From an uncultured Gemmatimonadales bacterium (GTDB lineage: Bacteria; Gemmatimonadota; Gemmatimonadetes; Longimicrobiales; Gaopeijiaceae): DNA of 64,000 nucleotides. Made by a program: the position numbers and the translations under genes. Below the pieces are notes generated by a model. The model saw nothing but the letters and a program-made list of their open reading frames with translations. It did not search any database and was not told where the DNA came from. Of the stretch, positions 1 to 9,765 are shown piece after piece. The DNA lies in the NCBI GenBank assembly GCA_963809895.1, contig CAWELD010000003.1, positions 3,168,001 through 3,232,000 on the forward strand, given 5' to 3'. Every line of letters starts with the position of its first letter. The stretch's first letter is position 1.

Positions 1-1161
1 CCGCTCCACCTCGGTAGCCTCGTCCACCTGTCGCACAAGGATGCGTCCGTCGGGCATGAATCCCACGGGGAACGGGCTGTCCGCAGGCAGGGTGCCCACG
101 TACGCCCCACTGGCGTCGAAGAGGTCGATGGGCCCGTCCTCGCCCTGGGCCGCCACGAAGCGCCGCACCCACAGCGTGCCGTCGGGCGCCACCGCCAGCG
201 TTCCGAGCCACGGCATGACCGGCGCGAAGCCCCGCTGCTCCACGACCTCGTCGGGCTCACAGGTGCGCATGCCGCCGGGGGTGCCGATCTGCATGCCCTC
301 GCCGACGCTGGCCAGCGCCAGCTCCGCGGTGGCAGGCCGGGGCTCGAGCCCCCGCTCGATGCGGCGCACCACGCCGCCGTCCCGGTAGACCCGGATGGCG
401 TAACGGGCGTCGGGCGCCACGTACAGCGCCCCACCGCCGGCCACCCACGGCGTACCGGGCTCGAAGATCGGCGGCATGCCGTTGATGGAGATCCCACAGC
501 TCTTGAATTCCACCGCCCGGCCCGGCGAGCCCTGCACCGAGAAGAGCCGCACCGAATCCCCACTCTCGGAGATGCGGAAGAGCGAGCGCTGCTGCCCCTC
601 CGCCTGCAGCTCGCTGCGGAGCAGGACCAGGCCGTCGCCGTCCCACATCACCTCGCCGCCGGTGACCCGGAACGGAAGCGGCCACTCCCCCACGAACTCG
701 CCGCCGGCGAAGCGCTGCAGGGCGACCTTGCTCAGGTCCATCACCACGCTCTCTCCACCCGGCGACACCGCCATCCCCCCGGGAAAGGACAGCTCACCGG
801 GCCCTTCGCCCTGCCCTCCTGCGCTCCACAGGAAGCTGCCCGTGTCGTCGAAGGCCACGACCCGATAGGACTGACGGTCCAGCACGTAGATGTGACCCAG
901 GCTGTCGGTGCCCACCAGGGAGCGGTGGATCTGGTAGAAGGACTCCTGGTCGGTCTCCTTCCCGCCCAGCGTGAATTCGGGCGTGAACACCGCGGTGAGC
1001 GGTTGATCCTCTGCGAGGCTGGTGACGATCTCCACGCCCGCCGAGTCCCGGCGCTCGACCTCGTCGCCCTGCCCCGACGTGCCGTCCCCGCACGCCGACA
1101 CACCGCCCACCGCCAGCACCGCCGCCACCGTGGTCACCGCCGCCGTCGACCGTCTCCGCAT
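1..1161 (-). CDS. 6-bladed beta-propeller (NHL-like) lipoprotein, runs off left edge
   Basis: Read manually from ATG 1161: signal peptide with lipobox VSAC, then GHIYVLD...GGQGEGPGELSFP propeller motifs. Confidence 0.75.
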   Translation of the reverse strand, partial: MRRRSTAAVTTVAAVLAVGGVSACGDGTSGQGDEVERRDSAGVEIVTSLAEDQPLTAVFTPEFTLGGKETDQESFYQIHRSLVGTDSLGHIYVLDRQSYRVVAFDDTGSFLWSAGGQGEGPGELSFPGGMAVSPGGESVVMDLSKVALQRFAGGEFVGEWPLPFRVTGGEVMWDGDGLVLLRSELQAEGQQRSLFRISESGDSVRLFSVQGSPGRAVEFKSCGISINGMPPIFEPGTPWVAGGGALYVAPDARYAIRVYRDGGVVRRIERGLEPRPATAELALASVGEGMQIGTPGGMRTCEPDEVVEQRGFAPVMPWLGTLAVAPDGTLWVRRFVAAQGEDGPIDLFDASGAYVGTLPADSPFPVGFMPDGRILVRQVDEATEVER

Positions 1162-1174
1162 CCCGCGCCTCCTG

Positions 1175-2200
1175 TCAGGGCTTCACGACCAGCTTACCGA
1201 ACACGTCTCCCGCCTCCAGCAGCTCGTGTCCCGCACGCACCTCGTCCAGCGACAGCACCTGGTGCACCACGGGCTTCAAGTGGCCCTGGAAGACCAGCTG
1301 CATCACCGTGCGGTACTCGGCCGGCGTACCCATGGTGGTGCCCAGGATGGAGAGCTGTTTCCAGAACAGATGCCGGATCTCGGTGGTGCCGTTGGCTCCG
1401 GTGGTGGCGCCGTAGCTGACCAGGCGCCCCCGCACCGCCAGCGAGCGCAGCACCGATTCCCACAGCGCCGCGCCCACCGAGTCCAGCGCCACGTCCACGC
1501 CGCGCCCCCCGGTCCGTTCCTTGAGCGGCCTCACCCAATCCCCCGCCGTGCGGTCGTAGGCGTGGTGCGCACCCAGCGCCTCCACGCGGGCCACGTTGTC
1601 GGGGCCGGAGGTGACGGCGTGTACCCGGGCACCCGCCAGCGCCGCGATCTGCACCGCCATCGTGCCCACACCGCCCGAGGCGCCGGTCACGAGGACGTCT
1701 TCGCCCGCCCGGAGCCCGCCCCGGGCCATGAGCCCCCGCCACGCCGTCACCGCCACCAGCCCCGCCGCCGCCGCGGTCTCGAACGACACCCCATCGGGGA
1801 GCTGCAGGAGGTTCCGGGCCGGCACGATGGCGTACTCGGCAAACCCCCCGTTGGTGTGCTCGCCCAGGAGCCGCATGGGCGGATCGTCGAAGGCCTCGCC
1901 CCGCGGCCGCCGTTCGTACCACTCGTAGTCCAGCGCCGGATCCACGGCGACCCGCGCACCCACGGCCGACGTCTCCACCCCGGGACCCACCGCGTCCACG
2001 ACCCCGGCCACGTCGGCGCCGCCGATGTGGGGCATGGTGGTCTCGATGGGAAGCCTGCGCCGCACCCACAGGTCCAGGTGGTTGAAGGCCGCGGCCCGCA
2101 CGGCCAGGCGCACCTCGCCGGGACCGGGCTCGGGGGTGGGAACGTCCTCGACCCGAAGGACCTCGGGTCCACCGAATTCGTGGAAGAGCGCGGCACGCAT
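1175..2200 (-). CDS. Zinc-binding/NADPH quinone oxidoreductase (MDR family)
   Basis: MRAALFHEFGGPEVL start, NHLD, GASGGVG nucleotide-binding motif, FGKLVV end. Confidence 0.9.
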   Translation of the reverse strand: MRAALFHEFGGPEVLRVEDVPTPEPGPGEVRLAVRAAAFNHLDLWVRRRLPIETTMPHIGGADVAGVVDAVGPGVETSAVGARVAVDPALDYEWYERRPRGEAFDDPPMRLLGEHTNGGFAEYAIVPARNLLQLPDGVSFETAAAAGLVAVTAWRGLMARGGLRAGEDVLVTGASGGVGTMAVQIAALAGARVHAVTSGPDNVARVEALGAHHAYDRTAGDWVRPLKERTGGRGVDVALDSVGAALWESVLRSLAVRGRLVSYGATTGANGTTEIRHLFWKQLSILGTTMGTPAEYRTVMQLVFQGHLKPVVHQVLSLDEVRAGHELLEAGDVFGKLVVKP

Positions 2201-2333
2201 GGGCGGTCCGGGATGGGGAGCAGTCCCCGGATCGGCCACGGCACTCGCCGTCCGGGGTTCGGTCACGCGGGGTGCTACGGTATCCGCACGGGACGGTCCC
2301 GTCCAGCCCGCGCCCCCGTTACCTTTCTTGTCC

Positions 2334-2693
2334 GTGACCGACACCGATGCTCCCCCTCCCGCAGACCCCGGCGATCCGGACGAGACCACGCTGGGTGGTT
2401 ACCTCCGGATCCATGAGCGTCCCCCCGCTTTCGAGGGGACGGACGGACATCCCTACACCGTGTCCATCGAGGTGGAGAAGACCCCGGACCTGAGAGCTCC
2501 GTACGAGGGGTTCCTGGTCTTTCCGCGCTGGGCCACCACGGGCGTCGGCATCGTCGGTCACCTGGAAACGCCCACCCTCTGGCAGGGTACCGGGCGCGAC
2601 GAGGTCCTTCGGCAGGCGGGTGACACCTCGCTGCTCCGGGTCAAGGAGCTCCTGGACGAGGCCATCCGCCGTGAATCCAACGACGACGGATGA
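2334..2693 (+). CDS. Conserved hypothetical protein
   Basis: Protein-like ORF (TLGGYLRIHERPPAFEG...) heading an apparent operon; GTG start inferred. Confidence 0.65.
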   Translation: MTDTDAPPPADPGDPDETTLGGYLRIHERPPAFEGTDGHPYTVSIEVEKTPDLRAPYEGFLVFPRWATTGVGIVGHLETPTLWQGTGRDEVLRQAGDTSLLRVKELLDEAIRRESNDDG

Positions 2694-2697
2694 ACCC

Positions 2698-3666
2698 GTG
2701 GCCATCCTCAGAGACTCCCTGATCTTCCTGTCCCAGTCGGGCGCCGCCAAGGCGGTAGTGACCCGCACCCCACTCCGGGCCATGAGCCGGCGCTTCGTAC
2801 CCGGCGAGAAGGTGGACGACCTGGTGGGCGCCATCAAGGACGCCAACGCCGCCGGGTGCACGGCAACCGGCAACTATCTGGGTGAGTCCGTCCACGACGA
2901 GCCCAACGCGCGGCTCGCGGCCTCGGTCTACCTGGACATCCTGGACCGCATCGAGAAGGAGGGCCTGGACGCCAACGTCTCGCTCAAGTTCACGCAGCTC
3001 GGCCAGGACATCAGCGACGCGTTCCTCGCCGACAACCTGGGCCAGGTGCTGGAGCGGGCCAGGGCCATCGACAGCTTCGTGCGCTTCGACATGGAGGACT
3101 CGGAGCACACGCAGCGTACCCTGGACGCCTTCGAGACCCTGTGGAGCGAGGGCTGGCGCAACATCGGCGTGGTGCTCCAGTCCTACCTGCGCCGCTCGGC
3201 CGGCGACGTGGCGCGCATGAACCAGCTCGGTGCCCGGGTGCGGCTCTGCAAGGGCGCCTACGCCGAGCCGCCCGAGGTGGCCTTCCAGGCCCGACAGGAG
3301 GTGGACGCCAGCTACGTCGAGCTCATGAAGATGCTCCTGGAAGACGGCAACTACCCGGGCATCGCCACCCACGACGAGCGCATGATCGACGCCACCCTGG
3401 ATTTCGCCCGGGAGCGGGGCTACAGCCCCGATCGCTTCGAGTTCCAGATGCTCTACGGTGTGCGCCGCGACCTGCAGCAACAGCTGGTTTCCGAGGGATG
3501 GCGGGTGCGCGTGTACGTGCCCTTCGGCGAGCACTGGTATCCCTATCTGATGCGGCGGCTGGCCGAGCGCCCGGCGAACATGCTCTTCTTCGCGGGCAGC
3601 GTGGTGAAGGAGTCCCCGCTGGGCTTCCTGTGGCCGGGTGCGAAGGATGGCCGCAACGGACGCTGA
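2698..3666 (+). CDS. Proline dehydrogenase (monofunctional)
   Basis: SLKFTQLG, RFDMED, VRLCKGAY, IATHD, FEFQMLYG, YLMRRLAERP motifs. Confidence 0.93.
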   Translation: MAILRDSLIFLSQSGAAKAVVTRTPLRAMSRRFVPGEKVDDLVGAIKDANAAGCTATGNYLGESVHDEPNARLAASVYLDILDRIEKEGLDANVSLKFTQLGQDISDAFLADNLGQVLERARAIDSFVRFDMEDSEHTQRTLDAFETLWSEGWRNIGVVLQSYLRRSAGDVARMNQLGARVRLCKGAYAEPPEVAFQARQEVDASYVELMKMLLEDGNYPGIATHDERMIDATLDFARERGYSPDRFEFQMLYGVRRDLQQQLVSEGWRVRVYVPFGEHWYPYLMRRLAERPANMLFFAGSVVKESPLGFLWPGAKDGRNGR

Positions 3667-4339
3667 CACGCAGGACGCACCCTTCCTGCGCGTCACGGAG
3701 ATCTTCCACTCCCTCCAGGGCGAATCCACCTGGGCGGGGCTGCCCTGCACCTTCGTGCGCCTCACGGGCTGCCCGCTGCGCTGCTCGTGGTGCGACACGG
3801 CCTACGCCTTCCACGGCGGCGAGCGCATGACGCTGGACGCCATCCTGGCCGAGGTGGCGGCCATGGGCACACCCCTGGTGGAGATCACCGGGGGCGAGCC
3901 GCTGGCCCACAAGGGGGCCTTCACGCTGGCCGACCGGCTGCTCGAGCGGGGCTATACCGTGCTGGTGGAGACCTCCGGCGCCTTCGACGTGTCGCCGCTG
4001 GACGCGCGCGTCCACAAGATCATGGACCTCAAGTGCCCCGGCTCGGGCGAGGTGGACCGCAACCTGTGGTCCAACCTCGACCACCTGACGCCGCGTGACG
4101 AGGTCAAGTTCGTGGTGGCGGACCGGGGGGATTACGAGTGGGCCCGGAACGTCGTCCGGGCCCGGGGGCTGGACCGCCGGGTGCAGGAGGGCGCGCTGCG
4201 GGCGATCCTGATCTCGCCCGTCTGGGACGCGGTGGATCTGGAGGGTCTCGCCGGGTGGATCCTGGAAGACCACCTGCCCGCGCGCTTCCAGATCCAGCTC
4301 CACAAGCTCATCTGGGGCCCCGATCGCACCGGGGTGTAG
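3647..4339 (+). CDS. queE: 7-carboxy-7-deazaguanine synthase (radical SAM)
   Basis: EIFHSLQGE, CPLRCSWCDT, TGGEPL, QLHKLIW. Confidence 0.92.
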   Translation: MAATDADTQDAPFLRVTEIFHSLQGESTWAGLPCTFVRLTGCPLRCSWCDTAYAFHGGERMTLDAILAEVAAMGTPLVEITGGEPLAHKGAFTLADRLLERGYTVLVETSGAFDVSPLDARVHKIMDLKCPGSGEVDRNLWSNLDHLTPRDEVKFVVADRGDYEWARNVVRARGLDRRVQEGALRAILISPVWDAVDLEGLAGWILEDHLPARFQIQLHKLIWGPDRTGV

Positions 4340-4442
4340 GCGCTCTCCGCGGGCTACCAGTGCCCCCTGTCGCTGTCGCAACGTTTACGCGACAGGCCTC
4401 GTCCAACAGTCTGACCCTCGGTCCCCCACAGCTTCGATCGAC

Positions 4443-5774
4443 ATGAGCCTCCGATGCCCATCGCGGACGCCGTCCGCGACCCGCGTCCTCGCGGCGCCCG
4501 CGACGTTCCTGGCCCTGGTTCTGACCGCCGGCTGCGGCGGTGACGCCGACGCCGGATCCACCCTGGAGGTGGTCCGGGACACGGTGGCCGACACCCTGGT
4601 GGTGCGCACCGTCGCCGGGAGCGAGTGGGGCGCGGGCGCCACCCTGGTGCCCGAGGTGACCATCGGCGTCATGGAGGGCGACGAGCACTACATGTTCGGC
4701 ACCCTGCGCTCCATGGCCGTGGGGCCCGACGGGACCATCTACGTCATGGACGGTCAGATCCCCGCCGTGCGGGTCTACGACGCCGACGGCACCTATCGCA
4801 CCACCCTGGGCCGCAACGGCGAGGGTCCCGGTGAGTTCGGCCAGCCCGACGGCGGCATGGCCATCCTCTCCGACGGCCGACTCGTGGTGCGCGACCCCGG
4901 CAACGCGCGCCTGCAGGTCTTCGGGCCCGACGGCCAGGCCATCGACACCTGGCCGGTGATCAGCGGGGGATTCCACACCTCCACGCCCCTCTACATGGGA
5001 CCCGGCGACACCCTGCTGACACCGGTGCTGATGGACGCCCAGGCCGACGTCAGCGAATGGCGGTCCGGCCTCCAGCGCATGAGCCCCGTGGACGGCAGCA
5101 TCGTGGACACCCTGGAGGTACCGGACGTGGGGTACGAAGCACCCCAGATCGAGGCTCGCATGGTGCAGGGGGAGAGCCAGAGCGTCTCCATCAACTCGGT
5201 GCCGTTCTCGCCCACCGAGGTGTGGGCCTATCACCCTGACGGCTTCTTCATCCACGGAGTGAGCACGCAGTACGCGTTCTCACTCCTGCGCGAGGGATCG
5301 CCCCTGCGCATCGAGCGCGTGGCGGACCCCGTGCCGGTGGCCGGCGGCGAGAAGGACGAGGCCGAGGCCGAGGCCACCCGCAACATGCGCTTCACCGACC
5401 CCAACTGGCGCTGGAACGGGCCCCCGATTCCCGATACCAAACCTCCGTTCTCGGTCATCCTGGTGGGCCGCGACCGGCGCATCTGGGTCCAGGTGCCCAT
5501 GCCCGGCATCGAGGGGGAGGATCCCACCTACGACCCCACCGATCCCGACGCCCTGCCGGACCGCTGGAAGGCGCCCGTGGCCTTCGACGTCTTCGAGGCC
5601 GACGGCACCTATCTGGGCCACGTGGACACCCCCATGGGATTCAGCCTCTATCCGCGGCCGATCCTCGACGGCGACCAGGTGTGGGCCGTGACCCGCGACG
5701 ATTTCGACGTGGCCCAGGTCGTGCGCTTCCGCCTGCAGCGGCGCGGCGACGCGGTGGCGGCGAACGGCGGCTGA
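4443..5774 (+). CDS. 6-bladed beta-propeller lipoprotein
   Basis: Lipobox-like LTAGC, GTIYVMD, GEGPGEF motif. Confidence 0.8.
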   Translation: MSLRCPSRTPSATRVLAAPATFLALVLTAGCGGDADAGSTLEVVRDTVADTLVVRTVAGSEWGAGATLVPEVTIGVMEGDEHYMFGTLRSMAVGPDGTIYVMDGQIPAVRVYDADGTYRTTLGRNGEGPGEFGQPDGGMAILSDGRLVVRDPGNARLQVFGPDGQAIDTWPVISGGFHTSTPLYMGPGDTLLTPVLMDAQADVSEWRSGLQRMSPVDGSIVDTLEVPDVGYEAPQIEARMVQGESQSVSINSVPFSPTEVWAYHPDGFFIHGVSTQYAFSLLREGSPLRIERVADPVPVAGGEKDEAEAEATRNMRFTDPNWRWNGPPIPDTKPPFSVILVGRDRRIWVQVPMPGIEGEDPTYDPTDPDALPDRWKAPVAFDVFEADGTYLGHVDTPMGFSLYPRPILDGDQVWAVTRDDFDVAQVVRFRLQRRGDAVAANGG

Positions 5775-5859
5775 CTGCGCGAGTCGGTGGCGCCGGACCC
5801 CGGCTCACCGGTGCCGTGCGGGGTTGGTCGAAGGTAGTGGATGGATTTATTCTTGAAGA

Positions 5860-6480
5860 ATGAACGACCCACGTTTGCACGCCGTACGAGAGGCGCTGGC
5901 GGCCTACGCCGCCGATGCCGACGATCCTCCCGTCACCGACGAAGACGTCATCCAGGCCGCCGTGTCGGTGATCCTGCGTGCGCACCACGACGATGTGGAT
6001 CTCCTGCTCATCAAGCGGGCCCACAACCCACGCGATCCCTGGTCCGGCCACATGGCGCTCCCCGGCGGCCGCCGTGACGCGGCCGACGAGTCGCTGCTGG
6101 ACACGGCCGTGCGCGAGACCATGGAGGAGACGGCCGTGAAGCTCTCACCGGACCGCTCACGGGGATTCCTGGGCAGCCTGCCCCGGGTGATGCCCAGCAG
6201 CCCTCGGCTCCCCCGGCTCACCATCGCGCCCTACGTGTTCGGGGTCCCGGCCGACACCGAGGCCCGGGTGGCCTCGCGCGAGGTGGACCGCGTGCACTGG
6301 GTGTCGCTGGGATACCTGCGCGACCCCGGGACCGCGGGCACGGTGGAGATCGACCTGCCGGGCGGCCCCAGGAGCTTTCCCTGCCTGCGGGTGGACGACG
6401 AGGTGGTGTGGGGACTGACCTACCGGATCCTCGTCGACCTCTTCCAGCGCTTTCCCGACCCGCTGGGCGTTCCGGGCTGA
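5860..6480 (+). CDS. Nudix hydrolase, CoA pyrophosphatase-like
   Basis: WSGHMALPGG...TAVRETMEE Nudix box, VWGLT. Confidence 0.88.
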   Translation: MNDPRLHAVREALAAYAADADDPPVTDEDVIQAAVSVILRAHHDDVDLLLIKRAHNPRDPWSGHMALPGGRRDAADESLLDTAVRETMEETAVKLSPDRSRGFLGSLPRVMPSSPRLPRLTIAPYVFGVPADTEARVASREVDRVHWVSLGYLRDPGTAGTVEIDLPGGPRSFPCLRVDDEVVWGLTYRILVDLFQRFPDPLGVPG

Positions 6481-6573
6481 GCCGGATGCGCCCGGCGGGC
6501 CGGGTGCCGTGTCTTCGCCCCTGGCCGGCGGCCTTCCGGCCCGCCGAAGGCGGCGATCAGCGCGTGCGCGCCG

Positions 6574-7689
6574 TCACATCCCCGACGACGCGGTGTCCGG
6601 CGACTCCACCCACTCGGCGATGAAGACGTTGGTGTTGCCCGGATGCGAGGGATTCCGGTTGGAGCCCCACACCAGGTAACGGCCGTCGGGGCTCCACATG
6701 GGGAAGCCGTCGAAGTCCGCGGCGTAGGTGATCTGCTCCTGCCCCGTGCCGTCTTCGTTGATCATGTAGAGATCGAACTCTCGGCCCGTGGGGTCGGCCA
6801 TGTTCGACGCGAAGATGATCCGGTGACCGTCGGGGTGCCAATACGGGCCGAAGTTGGCGGCGCCGTTGTTCGTCACCTGATGCGCGTTGGAGCCGTCGGC
6901 GTCGGCCACCCAGATCTCCAGCTCGTTGGGCCGGATGAGCCCGTCGGCCAGCAGGGAGCGATAGTCCGCCAGCTCCTCGTCCGTCTTCGGATACCCGGCG
7001 CGCCACACGATCCTGGAGCCGTCGGGCGAGAAGAAGGCGCCGCCGTCGTAGCCGGGCTTGTCGGTGAGCCGGCGCACGTCGCTGCCGTCCAGGTTCATGG
7101 AGTAGAGGTCCAGGTCGCCGTCACGCACGCTGGTGAAGACGATGCGGTCGCCCACCGGCGAGATGGTGGCCTCGGCATCGTAGCCGGGGGTGTCGGTGAG
7201 CCGCTGGATGTTGCTCCCGTCGGCGTTGGCCGTGAAGATGTCGTAGCCCGGATAGACGGCCCACACGTAGCCTCGGGACATGTCCGGCGGCGGCGGGCAC
7301 GCCGAATCCGCCATGAAGGTGGACGAGTAGAGGATCCGCTGGTCACCCGGGAAGTAGTAGGAACAGGTCGTGCGGCCCTCTCCGTTGCTCAGCATCTGGG
7401 TGTCGCCGGTGGTCAGATCCATGGTGTAGATCTGGTCGCAGCCGCCGTCGGGACGCGTGCGCTGGAAGATCAGCCGGGTGCCGTCGTTGGAGAAATACGC
7501 CTCGGCGTTCTCCCCTTCGAAGGTGAGCTGACGCAGATTACGGAGGTGCACTTCTCGCGGATCCGCCTCGAAGGGGGTCCCGGCCGTCACCGTGAACGCT
7601 GCCTGGTTCGAGGTTTCCTCGTCGCCCGCCGTGCGGGCCTGGTCCGCGGTTTCCCCTCCCCCGCAGGACACCGCAGCCAACCATCCCAA
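6574..7689 (-). CDS. TolB-like PD40-repeat lipoprotein
   Basis: Repeated FSPDG/WHPDG/WSPDG units; start uncertain (TTG before AAVSC). Confidence 0.8.
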   Translation of the reverse strand: MGWLAAVSCGGGETADQARTAGDEETSNQAAFTVTAGTPFEADPREVHLRNLRQLTFEGENAEAYFSNDGTRLIFQRTRPDGGCDQIYTMDLTTGDTQMLSNGEGRTTCSYYFPGDQRILYSSTFMADSACPPPPDMSRGYVWAVYPGYDIFTANADGSNIQRLTDTPGYDAEATISPVGDRIVFTSVRDGDLDLYSMNLDGSDVRRLTDKPGYDGGAFFSPDGSRIVWRAGYPKTDEELADYRSLLADGLIRPNELEIWVADADGSNAHQVTNNGAANFGPYWHPDGHRIIFASNMADPTGREFDLYMINEDGTGQEQITYAADFDGFPMWSPDGRYLVWGSNRNPSHPGNTNVFIAEWVESPDTASSGM

Positions 7690-7739
7690 CGAGACACAAG
7701 AGCGAAGAAGTATGTTCGAGCTCAGAGAAAGATCGTCGC

Positions 7740-9479
7740 ATGATTCGTCATCCGTGGCTTGTGGCCGCCGGGGGACTCCTGATGGCGGTGCCGGGCCTCT
7801 CGGCCCAGAGCTGTCCCGCACCTGGGGCTCCCGCGGCGGACGAGACCGGGGCCATGGCCCACGTACGTTATCTGGCTGACGACGCCCTGGAGGGTCGGGA
7901 AGTCGCCTCGCCTGGGGCGCACTGCGCTGGCGACTACATCGCCGCGCACTTCCAGGCGCTCGGACTCGAGCCCGCCGGCGACGGCGGAACCTACTTCGAG
8001 TCCTTCCCGGTGCGCGTGGGCAGCAGCCTCGGCACCGGAAACGTCCTCGGAATCTCCGGGAACACCTGGGTCCTGGGCAAGGGCTGGACGCCCTTCGGAT
8101 TCTCCGCCACCGCCGACGTGGACGGCCCCCTGACCTATCAGGGCGCCGGCGTGGAGCGGCCTTCGGGCGAGGACGTGGACTCGGCGGCGCTGAATCGCTT
8201 CGCCGGCCAGGTGGTGGTGCTGGAGGCGGTGGGCGCCGACGAGACGCCGGGCACCTTCTCCACCGACCCCCACCTCAAGGCCAGCGCGGCCCAGAGCCTG
8301 GGCGCCGCGGGAGTGATCCTGCTGCTCTCCGACGGCGAGGCGCTGCCCTCGCCCGACGCCGAGCGCCGCCCCTATCTGCGGGTTCCGGTGGCCGCCGTGG
8401 GCGGCGATGCGGCCGAGGCCGTGCGCCGGGCGGCCCGGGCCGGTGAGGTCGTGCACATGGTGACGGTGGTGGAGCCCCGTACCGCCCAGGGACGCAACGT
8501 GGCCGCCCTGTTGCCGGGCAGCGATCCGGCGCTGGCCGCCGAAGTGGTGGTCCTCGGCGCGCACTACGATCACCTGGGCCACGGTGGCGAGGGGTCGCTG
8601 GCGCCGGACTCGCACGAGGTCCACAACGGCGCCGACGACAACGCCTCCGGCACCGGCGCGCTCCTGGAAGCGGCCCGTATCATGAGCCAGGGTCCCCGTC
8701 CGCGCCGGCCGGTCCTCTTCCTCTCCTTCACCGGCGAGGAGCGCGGGCTGCTGGGCTCGGCGTGGTACGTGGAGCACCCCACGGTGTCGCTGGACTCGGC
8801 GGTGGCCATGATCAACATGGACATGGTGGGGCGGCTGCGGGACAACACCCTCACCGTCTACGGCATGGGCACCGCCCAGGAGTGGGACGGGCTGGTGGCC
8901 GAGGTGAACCAGGCCCAGGCCCAGCCCTTCCAGCTCTCGCTCCTGCCCGACGGCTTCGGGCCCTCCGACCACTCCTCGTTCTACGGTCGGGGGATTCCGG
9001 TGCTGCACTTCTTCACCAACACCCACGCCCAGTACCACCGGCCCGAAGACGACTGGCAGCTCATCAACGGCCCAGGCCTGGAGCGGGTGGCCGAATTCGC
9101 CGCCGCCGTGGCCGGACGGTTGGCGGGCACCCCCGAACGGGTGGCCGCATCGCTCACCCCGGTGGCCGGCGCCGGCCAGCCTCAGGCCTCCGGCGAGTCG
9201 TCGGGCCGCGGCTACGGACCCTACTTCGGCAGCATCCCGGACATGAGCCCGCAGGACTACGGCGTGCGCCTGAGCGGCGTGCGCGAGGACAGCCCCGCGG
9301 CCCGCGCAGGCCTGGAAGCCGGCGACATCCTCATCCGCTTCGGAGGCGAGGAGGTGGCCGACCTGTACGGCTTCACCTACGCGCTCCGCGACCGCAAGCC
9401 CGGCGACCGCGTGGAGGTGGTGGTGCTCCGCGACGGCCAGCGCATCACCATGTACGCGGTGCTGGGGGAGCGGCGGTAG
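7740..9479 (+). CDS. M28 family aminopeptidase with PA and PDZ domains
   Basis: GAHYDH, GADDNASG, GEERGLLGS, NMDMVG, SDH, YH; C-terminal PDZ. Confidence 0.9.
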   Translation: MIRHPWLVAAGGLLMAVPGLSAQSCPAPGAPAADETGAMAHVRYLADDALEGREVASPGAHCAGDYIAAHFQALGLEPAGDGGTYFESFPVRVGSSLGTGNVLGISGNTWVLGKGWTPFGFSATADVDGPLTYQGAGVERPSGEDVDSAALNRFAGQVVVLEAVGADETPGTFSTDPHLKASAAQSLGAAGVILLLSDGEALPSPDAERRPYLRVPVAAVGGDAAEAVRRAARAGEVVHMVTVVEPRTAQGRNVAALLPGSDPALAAEVVVLGAHYDHLGHGGEGSLAPDSHEVHNGADDNASGTGALLEAARIMSQGPRPRRPVLFLSFTGEERGLLGSAWYVEHPTVSLDSAVAMINMDMVGRLRDNTLTVYGMGTAQEWDGLVAEVNQAQAQPFQLSLLPDGFGPSDHSSFYGRGIPVLHFFTNTHAQYHRPEDDWQLINGPGLERVAEFAAAVAGRLAGTPERVAASLTPVAGAGQPQASGESSGRGYGPYFGSIPDMSPQDYGVRLSGVREDSPAARAGLEAGDILIRFGGEEVADLYGFTYALRDRKPGDRVEVVVLRDGQRITMYAVLGERR

Positions 9480-9765
9480 GGCTGGCGGCTGGCGGGCCGC
9501 CGGCGAGGTGACGAAAGGACCGAGCGTCGAGGTCTCACGGGCGTCGGGTCCCATTCAGCGCGCCTACGGTGCTCGCGTGGGGTGATGGTGCCGAGCCGGC
9601 CGAGCGCTTGGTCCGTTCGGCTCCCATTGCGTGATGAAGTCGGCCAATCGCCCGACTCCCGGTCGCGAGTGGTCTGTTCGCACCTGGTCTGGTTGCCGGC
9701 GGGCCAGAGGTCGTCGGGGCTCCGCCGGTGCCGCCGGTGCCGCCGGTGCGCCCGGAGCACCCCCC